This document shows positions 32,464 to 37,980 of a DNA stretch of 37,980 nucleotides, piece after piece. This DNA comes from a virus, in IMG/VR virus record IMGVR_UViG_3300016474_000092, positions 1 to 37,980 of that record. One strand, given 5' to 3'. Each line of letters opens with the position of its first letter. The stretch's first letter is position 1. Made by a program: the position numbers and the translations under genes. Under the pieces are notes generated by a model. It worked only from the letters and a program-made list of their open reading frames with translations. It was not told where the DNA came from and ran no database searches.

Positions 32464-32978
32464 AAGAGAACTGGGACGCCGCGCTAGCTGCCGTGCTGCA
32501 CCACGAGGGCGGTTTTGTTGCGCATCCGCTTGACCCAGGCGGCATCACCAACCTCGGATGCACCAAGACAACCTGGGAGCGCTGGTGCGGGCGCCCAGTG
32601 GACGAGGACGAGATGCGTGCGCTGACGCCAGCAGACGTAGCTCCGCTTTACAAGGAGCGTTACTGGGACAAGGTGAAGGCTGACGAGCTGCCCGCCGGGC
32701 TGGACTACGTGGTCTTCGATACCGCGATCAACAGCGGCCCAGGCCGGGCGGTCAAGCTCTTACAAGAGGCGATCGGCACCACGCCGGACGGCGCGATCGG
32801 CCCGCTCACGTTGCGAGCCGTCGCGGCCATGCCAGCGGCAGATGTCATCAACAAGTTCCAAGACAATCGTCTTGTCTATCTTCAGTCGCTACCCACTTGG
32901 CCCACGTTTGGTCGGGGCTGGGCGAGGCGCGTCGAAGAAGGTCGGGCTGCGGCGTTACGGATGTCTCAATCAGCTTAG
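32460..32978 (+). CDS. Endolysin: glycoside hydrolase family 108 domain plus a PG_binding_3 domain
   Basis: HHEGGFVAHPLDPGGITNLG catalytic signature. C-terminal YLQSLPTWPTFGRGWARRV. Confidence 0.9.
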   Translation: MKENWDAALAAVLHHEGGFVAHPLDPGGITNLGCTKTTWERWCGRPVDEDEMRALTPADVAPLYKERYWDKVKADELPAGLDYVVFDTAINSGPGRAVKLLQEAIGTTPDGAIGPLTLRAVAAMPAADVINKFQDNRLVYLQSLPTWPTFGRGWARRVEEGRAAALRMSQSA

Positions 32979-33168
32979 TGATATACCACTGCGCTTTGCG
33001 CAAATCCTCGACGCCGTTCTTCTGTTTCCAGCGCCACAGATACTTGATGGCGTTGGCCGTACAGACGGCGTCCAGCCCTTCCAGTCCTGCGGTCGCTGAC
33101 GCCAGCGCGTCAATGCACTCCACACCACCGCGTGTGTAGTGCGGCGGGTGGTTCACCATGTCTACCAT
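32848..33168 (-). CDS. DUF3310-family protein
   Basis: HPPHYTRGGVECIDAL and NAIKYLWRWKQKNGVEDLRKAQWY. The ORF runs 131 nt into the convergent endolysin gene. Confidence 0.8.
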   Translation of the reverse strand: MVDMVNHPPHYTRGGVECIDALASATAGLEGLDAVCTANAIKYLWRWKQKNGVEDLRKAQWYITKLIETSVTPQPDLLRRASPSPDQTWAKWVATEDRQDDCLGTC

Positions 33169-33183
33169 TTTGCTTCCCCCAGC

Positions 33184-33591
33184 TCAGTCATCATATCCGC
33201 GTGCGTGCGGGTAGGAGTTGACCATCGGTCGATTGTAGGTGCCTCGCCGTGGATCAAGCGGCTGTACCGGCTCGAGGAAGTCTTCGGGGACAGGCTCGGC
33301 GGGCCAGAGGTTACGGACGGGTCGGCGGGGCTCGACGACTGGCTCAACGACGGGCTCAACGACGGGCTCGACGACGGGCTCGACGACGGGAAAGGCCATT
33401 TCGGGAACGGCCACGGGACGGGCGTACCAGGTGTTGTGTTGGGTGTGCGCGATTTTGCCTGCTTGCTCGAGTTCATTCAGTGCTCGCCTGACAGTAGAGC
33501 GGGAATACATGAAGTAGTCCGCGATTTGTTTAGATGATTGCGGCGTCTTGCGGTTGCGCAGATATCTTTCAATCTTGTCCGCCGCCGCCAT
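33184..33591 (-). CDS. Winged-helix DNA-binding protein with a (PVVE)x5 repeat (135 aa from ATG 33591)
   Basis: KQIADYFMYSRSTVRRALNELEQAGKI is wHTH-like. GAGGGG ribosome-binding site. The 12-nt x5 repeat lies at 33329-33388. Confidence 0.65.
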   Translation of the reverse strand: MAAADKIERYLRNRKTPQSSKQIADYFMYSRSTVRRALNELEQAGKIAHTQHNTWYARPVAVPEMAFPVVEPVVEPVVEPVVEPVVEPRRPVRNLWPAEPVPEDFLEPVQPLDPRRGTYNRPMVNSYPHARGYDD

Positions 33592-33757
33592 GACGCCCCT
33601 CGCTTTGGATGCCGATCTGATGGCGCAGCATGCGCGCTTCCACGACCGTAGCGGCGCAGATGTCTCGAGCACGTCCCATGTCGTTGTCCATGATGGCTTG
33701 CCAAATCTCGTCCACCATGCGCTTCAAATTCAGATAGCCTTCGCTGTAATCAACCAC
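33569..33757 (-). CDS. Hypothetical protein (62 aa)
   Basis: GTG start with GGAGGTG 4 nt upstream. In frame with ORF-track entry 33569..33808. Confidence 0.5.
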   Translation of the reverse strand: MVDYSEGYLNLKRMVDEIWQAIMDNDMGRARDICAATVVEARMLRHQIGIQSEGRHGGGGQD

Positions 33758-33893
33758 GTCCCACCTCCGATATGCGTGTTGGTTGCTGGGCGCGCGCCCA
33801 CTTCTCATGGTACTCCGGCAGTTCCGACGGCGGCGTCCAGCCGTACCGTCGCCACGTCTTCTGGACGTCTGTTGCGACGCCCAAGACGTACAT
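33750..33893 (-). CDS. Hypothetical protein (47 aa, MYVLGVATDVQKTWRRYGWTPPSELPEYHEKW...)
   Basis: The ATG overlaps the upstream TGA (TGATG). In frame with ORF-track entry 33750..34022. Confidence 0.45.
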   Translation of the reverse strand: MYVLGVATDVQKTWRRYGWTPPSELPEYHEKWARAQQPTRISEVGRG

Positions 33894-34075
33894 CACGTCG
33901 TCGCTCTCTTCAGAAGGTCCAGCCGTTCGCGGGTAGTGCGTAACGCTGCCGCTCGCATGTGCATCCGCTCGATCAGCGAGACGCGCCGTTGACCCTTGAG
34001 TTCCGCTTCGATCAGGTTCCATAGTTCCTCCTCGGTTAAAGTGTTAAGCCTTCGTTGAAGTTCGCGCCAATTCAC
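33893..34075 (-). CDS. Hypothetical protein (60 aa)
   Basis: GTG start with GGAG 7 nt upstream. In frame with ORF-track entry 33893..34105. Confidence 0.5.
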   Translation of the reverse strand: MNWRELQRRLNTLTEEELWNLIEAELKGQRRVSLIERMHMRAAALRTTRERLDLLKRATT

Positions 34076-34202
34076 ATCGTTTCTCCAGTTTTGCAATCTC
34101 CGCAAGCACCCGATTGAGCGCGCGCTGGGCGGCGTTAAACTCCCGCTGCCGTATGCGCGCCTCTGACCGGGCGGCCTTTAACTTCTCATTCCATCGGTTC
34201 AT
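34044..34202 (-). CDS. Possible 52-aa coiled-coil protein (MNRWNEKLKAARSEARIRQREFNAAQRALNRVLAEIAKLEKRCELARTSTKA)
   Basis: ATGA overlap with the helicase stop. Below the ORF-track cut-off. Overlaps the next gene by 32 nt. Confidence 0.4.
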   Translation of the reverse strand: MNRWNEKLKAARSEARIRQREFNAAQRALNRVLAEIAKLEKRCELARTSTKA

Positions 34203-35488
34203 TTCAGCGCCTCCAGTGCCAGTTGCGCAAGCTCTCGCTTGTCATGCAACGCTTTGAAAATCGTCACGTCGATGGTGTCTTGGGTCTGTAGCACATAGTT
34301 CCAGACCTCACGCGCCTGCCCGCCACGGTGCAGCCGCCCGACCGCCTGCTCGTAGAGTTCCAGCGACCATGGCAGCGACATCCAGACCATGCGCGATTGG
34401 CCTTGCAGGTTGAGCCCATGCCCCGCAGAGGCTGGGTGGACCGCCAGCATCTCGATCTGACCGGCGTTCCAGCGCAGGATGCTGTCGTCGTTGTCGAGCG
34501 TCTGCAGGCGTGGAAAACGCGCCTTGAGCGCGGCCAGCTCGGCCTTGTACTGATACCAGACCAGCATCGGCGCGCGTTGGTTCTCGCTGTGCAGGTCGTC
34601 GATCGCGTCCAGCTTGTGCGATGACGTCCAGATCGTCTGTCTGTTGGTGTCGTAGACAAACCCCGCGGCCAGTTGCTGCAGCTTGCTCGTGACCGCTGCG
34701 GCGTTAGCGGCGATGACTTCAGCGTCGGGGTAGATCAGCGCCATCTCGCGCTTCATCGCGCGGTAGTCATCCATCGGCATGGTCAGGTCGATGGTCACTG
34801 TGTTGAGCGGCGGCAGCCGGTCGCGGTACTCGCCCGGCTCGAGCACATACGTCCACGGGCGAATGCGCTGCATGACGTGATCGAGTGAGTTAGGCAGCGC
34901 CACGTAGTCGCCGTAGTCACGATTTACGCAGTGGAAGTATTGTTGCAGAAACGCGCCTTTGCTGCGGCCCAGCATGCGCTGGTCAACGATCTTGCACTGA
35001 CCGAAGACGTCTTCCAAGCCGTTACTGGTGAAGCTACCCGTCAGCCCCCACCGGATTTGCATGGGGTCGATGACGGTCGAGAGCGCCTTGAAGCGTTTGC
35101 CGCTGGGATTCTTGAGCCGCGTCAGTTCATCAAACACCACGGCGTCGAAGTTCATGTCCTGCTCGGCGAGCCACTGCAGGTTGTCGTAGTTGGTGACCAC
35201 CACCTGCGTGTTGCCGTGAAGCGCCGCCAAGCGCCGCGCAGGCGAGCCGACCGCGACCGCGACCTTGAGCTTGGGCGCCCACTTCGCCGCTTCTGTCGGC
35301 CAGACCGACTGCGCAACGCGTAGCGGCGCAAGCACCAGAAAGCGCGAGGCGTAACAGTCGGTCAGCATGGCTTGCATGGCCGTCAGCGTGATCGCGGTTT
35401 TACCTGCGCCGACTGGCGCGAGCACCATCGCGCGGTCGTTCGCGTACAAGAAGTCAGCGGCTTCGTCTTGATACGGGCGTAGGTTCAT
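34199..35488 (-). CDS. SNF2/superfamily-2 helicase
   Basis: RPYQDEA, motif I LAPVGAGKT, motif II VVFDELTRLKN, motif VI QAVGRLHRGGQ. ATG 35488 with a GAGG ribosome-binding site. The ORF-track start at 35536 is less likely. Confidence 0.9.
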   Translation of the reverse strand: MNLRPYQDEAADFLYANDRAMVLAPVGAGKTAITLTAMQAMLTDCYASRFLVLAPLRVAQSVWPTEAAKWAPKLKVAVAVGSPARRLAALHGNTQVVVTNYDNLQWLAEQDMNFDAVVFDELTRLKNPSGKRFKALSTVIDPMQIRWGLTGSFTSNGLEDVFGQCKIVDQRMLGRSKGAFLQQYFHCVNRDYGDYVALPNSLDHVMQRIRPWTYVLEPGEYRDRLPPLNTVTIDLTMPMDDYRAMKREMALIYPDAEVIAANAAAVTSKLQQLAAGFVYDTNRQTIWTSSHKLDAIDDLHSENQRAPMLVWYQYKAELAALKARFPRLQTLDNDDSILRWNAGQIEMLAVHPASAGHGLNLQGQSRMVWMSLPWSLELYEQAVGRLHRGGQAREVWNYVLQTQDTIDVTIFKALHDKRELAQLALEALK

Positions 35489-35618
35489 TCTCAGCCTCAA
35501 GTTCACGCAGGTCCATCGCCACGTCAGCCACGCCATGCCAGTCGCACCGCGCGATCATGACGTGCAGGTACTCGATCAAGATGCGCCGTTGCGTTTCGTA
35601 ATCGCCGTAGTCAGTCAT
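35454..35618 (-). CDS. Possible 54-aa protein (MTDYGDYETQRRILIEYLHVMIARCDWHGVADVAMDLRELEAENEPTPVSRRSR)
   Basis: ATGA overlap with the upstream stop. Below the ORF-track cut-off. Overlaps the helicase start by 35 nt. Confidence 0.45.
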   Translation of the reverse strand: MTDYGDYETQRRILIEYLHVMIARCDWHGVADVAMDLRELEAENEPTPVSRRSR

Positions 35619-35896
35619 GTGTTCTTCTCCTTCAGCTTGGCCTCGATTTCTCGCACCAGACCGAGAAACCCAATCGTCGCTGCGCCACCAAGGCTGTATT
35701 GCGTTGAGTCAAAACCGAAATGCTGCATGGCTCTTTGGATCGGGGCTTTGACATCCTCATCCGTCAGCCCTTTCCACTGGCGCTTGGTGCGTAGCTCGTC
35801 GATCTCTTCCTGCATCCGAGCTTGGATCATTCCATCGCTCACGATGCCGTCATGATCTGGATGCTCTTCGCACCGTTGTTGCCACGTTTTAATCAT
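35615..35896 (-). CDS. Hypothetical protein (93 aa)
   Basis: ATGA coupling to the upstream gene. ORF-track entry. Confidence 0.6.
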   Translation of the reverse strand: MIKTWQQRCEEHPDHDGIVSDGMIQARMQEEIDELRTKRQWKGLTDEDVKAPIQRAMQHFGFDSTQYSLGGAATIGFLGLVREIEAKLKEKNT

Positions 35897-36078
35897 GTAC
35901 CCCTCCTAATCTCTGCGACATAGCACCCAGCGTGATAGACGATGTTTGGCGCGTCTGACCTATATTGCTGTCCCACTACAAACCTGCCGTCGCACCGAAA
36001 GCAACGCATCGGCCTGTACGACGTGACACAGAGGCACTCATTGCGCGGTAAACAGCAGCGATCACATCGGTCGGTCAT
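35893..36078 (-). CDS. Cys-rich zinc-finger-like small protein (61 aa)
   Basis: CDRCC...C.C...CFRCDG...HAGC pattern. Confidence 0.55.
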   Translation of the reverse strand: MTDRCDRCCLPRNECLCVTSYRPMRCFRCDGRFVVGQQYRSDAPNIVYHAGCYVAEIRRGT

Positions 36079-36109
36079 GCTCTCAGCGCCTGTTTCATTA
36101 CATCAAGGC

Positions 36110-36235
36110 TCATCGCTTCCCCCATACCCGCCGCAGCGTCAGCCCGTCCATAAATGCACGCTTAAACCGCGTCTCCGGTGCCCAGATGATGTAGCCGCAA
36201 CCCAGACCGCAGAGCCATGCAACAAGGATGCTCAT
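36110..36235 (-). CDS. 41-aa membrane protein (MSILVAWLCGLGCGYIIWAPE...)
   Basis: The internal ATG overlaps the upstream TGA (ATGA). Hydrophobic N-terminus. Confidence 0.45.
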   Translation of the reverse strand: MSILVAWLCGLGCGYIIWAPETRFKRAFMDGLTLRRVWGKR

Positions 36236-36405
36236 TTCTTTTCCACTTGTTCGATTGCGTTTAGCACCGCCGTTGTGCGATGGAGCACCCACTTAGTATG
36301 CTGCGCCCACTCGCGTTGTTCCGGTGTAACGATATGCGGCGCAAATAGTTTGGCCGCTTGCGCTAAGCACACCGCAGCGTTTCGTAGCAGTTTTACTTCG
36401 TTCAT
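36232..36405 (-). CDS. Hypothetical protein (57 aa)
   Basis: ATG 36405 with AAGGGGGTGAG upstream. ATGA overlap with the VRR-NUC stop. Confidence 0.55.
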   Translation of the reverse strand: MNEVKLLRNAAVCLAQAAKLFAPHIVTPEQREWAQHTKWVLHRTTAVLNAIEQVEKK

Positions 36406-36677
36406 CTCACCCCCTTGATAAACGTATCGACATCCTCTACATCCCAAAGCGTCATGTAGTTCTGACCCAGCTTCAGCATGTCGCGCTTGAAGAGTTCCTG
36501 CAGCGTGGACATGCGGCCACCAACCTTCTTAACCTCAACGAACCACACCACGCCGCCTGGCAGCACGACCAGCCGGTCGGCCACGCCACGATGCGCTGGG
36601 CTGACAAACTTGTACGCGATGCCGCCGATGTCCTTGACCCGACGCACCAAATACCTCTCAATATCGCGTTCTAAAAT
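36402..36677 (-). CDS. VRR-NUC domain nuclease. Start uncertain: ATT 36677, TTG 36650 or GTG 36647.
   Basis: GVADRLVVLPGG and WFVEVKK (PD-(D/E)XK core). The in-frame upstream codons encode LERDIERYL, which resembles the conserved VRR-NUC N-terminal helix. Confidence 0.75.
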   Translation of the reverse strand: MLERDIERYLVRRVKDIGGIAYKFVSPAHRGVADRLVVLPGGVVWFVEVKKVGGRMSTLQELFKRDMLKLGQNYMTLWDVEDVDTFIKGVR

Positions 36678-36712
36678 TTTTCATCTCCCGAAGATTTACA
36701 AAGTTTAGACTG

Positions 36713-36741
36713 TTGCAAACTTCAAAGCAAGTGTGTACCAT
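36713..36741 (+). promoter_or_regulatory. Candidate sigma70-type promoter for the rightward replication operon (TTGCAA-17 nt-TACCAT)
   Basis: Hexamers at 36713-36718 and 36736-36741. GGAG ribosome-binding site at 36764-36767, ATG at 36774. Confidence 0.45.
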
Positions 36742-36773
36742 CTGGTTTCGCAAGTCAACTACAGGAGAATCCA

Positions 36774-37844
36774 ATGCACTCGAAAGTCGTCGGCGGCTCG
36801 ACCGCAGAGCGCGTCATCAACTGCCCAGGCAGCGTGGCGCTGGCCGCGCAGATGCCGCCGCAGGAAGAGAACGAGGCCATGCGCGAAGGCACGCGCCGGC
36901 ATGAGCTGATCGCAGAGGTGCTGAACGACAAGCTCGACTCGCGCTCGATCGACGACGAGAAGGTGCTGGACGCACTGGACATCTTCGACATGAAGTTCGA
37001 CCCCACGTCCAAGGCGCTGTTCGACGTCGAGCGCCGCGTAACCTTCCCGTGGGACGCCAGCATCTTTGGCACTGCGGACGTCATCGGCGCGCTCGACAAA
37101 GAGACGGCCTTCGTGATGGATTTCAAGTTCGGCGACAACTATCAAGTCGAGGCGGTCGGAAACGCGCAGATGCTGTTCTACGCCGCTGCTGCCTATGAGA
37201 GCCGCCACTGGGCGTTTCGGGAGCGCGAGTGGGTTGAGCTGGTCATCATTCAGCCGCCTTTCATCCGACGCGACCGCGTGCATGTGGATGACCTGCGCGA
37301 GTTCAGCGCCGACCTGCAGCGTGCGGTCAAGGCAGCGCAAGAGCCTGACGCGCCGCTCGTTGAGGGCGGTCACTGCCGTTTCTGCCCAGCAAAAGCCATC
37401 TGCCCGCTGAAGACCGGCGCTGCCGAGCGGACGATCCGCGTGCAGATCGACAAGATCGGCCCTGAGAACATCGGTCATTGGATGGACGTGGCCCAAAACC
37501 TTGAAGACTGGGCTACCGACGTGCGCAAACTGACGCAGAAGGCGCTTGAGGCTGGCGTGCCGGTGCCGGGCTGGAAGCTCGTGAACAAGCGCGCTCAGCG
37601 GTCGTGGATTGATGAGAAAGCAGCGCAGGCGGCGCTGACCGCGCTCGCGCCTGACGTGAGCTTTACAGAACTCGTGTCGCCCGCGCAGGCCGAGAAGGCG
37701 TTGAAAGCGAAGAAGTTAAAGCTACCCGACGATCTGACCGTCGCGGTATCATCCGGGTTGACCATTGCGGAGGAGGCAGACAGCCGACCCGCAGCGGTCA
37801 CAATCGGGACGACGCTCGTGTCGGCCCTTTCTAAACTAGCGTAA
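36774..37844 (+). CDS. DUF2800-type PD-(D/E)XK (Cas4/RecB-like) nuclease
   Basis: N-terminal GSTAERVINCPGS, VMDFKFG, NAQMLFYA, and the C-terminal Cys cluster GGHCRFCPAKAICP. Confidence 0.85.
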   Translation: MHSKVVGGSTAERVINCPGSVALAAQMPPQEENEAMREGTRRHELIAEVLNDKLDSRSIDDEKVLDALDIFDMKFDPTSKALFDVERRVTFPWDASIFGTADVIGALDKETAFVMDFKFGDNYQVEAVGNAQMLFYAAAAYESRHWAFREREWVELVIIQPPFIRRDRVHVDDLREFSADLQRAVKAAQEPDAPLVEGGHCRFCPAKAICPLKTGAAERTIRVQIDKIGPENIGHWMDVAQNLEDWATDVRKLTQKALEAGVPVPGWKLVNKRAQRSWIDEKAAQAALTALAPDVSFTELVSPAQAEKALKAKKLKLPDDLTVAVSSGLTIAEEADSRPAAVTIGTTLVSALSKLA

Positions 37845-37852
37845 AGGTGAAA

Positions 37853-37980
37853 ATGATGTCTAATCTCGTAAAGTTTGCTCAAGCAGGTCTTCCCAGCGTC
37901 CAAACCCTCTCGACCGCGCTGCGGTCATTGGAAAGCGTTGCGCCCGCGCAGTCTGCCATCCTCAAGATGGACAAGACCGG
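37853..37980 (+). CDS. 5' portion of the junction-spanning replication-module gene (continues at base 23 of the window)
   Basis: ATGATG at 37853-37858 with AAGGTGA upstream. Reads MMSNLVKFAQAGLPSVQTLSTALRSLESVAPAQSAILKMDKTG, in frame with ORF 9..548. Confidence 0.6.
   Translation, partial: MMSNLVKFAQAGLPSVQTLSTALRSLESVAPAQSAILKMDKT
37959..37980. repeat. 22-nt duplicate of bases 1-22 (circular closure or assembly overlap)
   Basis: TCCTCAAGATGGACAAGACCGG occurs at both ends of the window. Confidence 0.95.

Noticed and set aside
33139-33537. Plus-strand ORFs (33139-33537, 33239-33517, 33249-33491) and the minus-strand ORF 33162-33476 across the 12-nt repeat.
   Set aside because: They are artefacts of the tandem repeat, which stays open in several frames. 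Only the minus-strand frame with the wHTH domain and a ribosome-binding site is credible.
1-37980. tRNA genes, an integrase/excisionase module or a CI/Cro-type immunity module.
   Set aside because: I saw no cloverleaf-like T-arm or anticodon-arm signatures in the intergenic regions. No ORF carries tyrosine or serine recombinase motifs or LexA-like autocleavage motifs. This is by-eye inspection only, so a formal tRNAscan and HMM search is still advisable.

Overview
The window is one complete, circularly closed phage genome. Bases 1-22 are identical to 37959-37980, giving a unit length of 37,958 bp, and one gene runs across the junction. It is GC-rich double-stranded DNA with P22-like morphogenesis genes. 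No integrase, CI/Cro pair, tRNA, CRISPR array or reverse transcriptase was seen.

Layout:
- Rightward early replication operon (36774 across the junction to 5643): DUF2800-type nuclease, an unknown 217-aa protein, family A DNA polymerase, a primase-polymerase/D5-type helicase fusion and a 221-aa unknown protein.
- Leftward operon of small genes (7559 down to 5685).
- A 670-bp repeat-dense control region (7614-8285).
- A 24.7-kb rightward late operon (8286-32978): small and large terminase, portal, scaffold, coat, gp4-like and gp10-like tail proteins, three separate fibre/spike genes, three ejection-type proteins, and a lysis cassette with a GH108 endolysin.
- Leftward early operon (36677 down to 32848): VRR-NUC nuclease, SNF2 helicase, a winged-helix protein, DUF3310 and many tiny translationally coupled ORFs.

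Most notable findings:
- The major capsid gene is split by a roughly 761-nt group I-like intron that carries an HNH endonuclease ORF.
- The control region holds ten perfect TGACCCAT octamers around an AT-rich core that contains a near-consensus LexA box. A near-copy of that box lies in front of the scaffold gene.
- Helically phased 22-bp repeats lie just upstream of the small terminase gene.
- Several ORFs below the 60-aa track cut-off are supported by ATGA/TGATG coupling.
- Also noted: a 12-nt x5 in-frame repeat, a 131-nt convergent gene overlap and a VRR-NUC start-site anomaly.

All functional calls rest on motifs read by eye and remembered family signatures. No searches were run.
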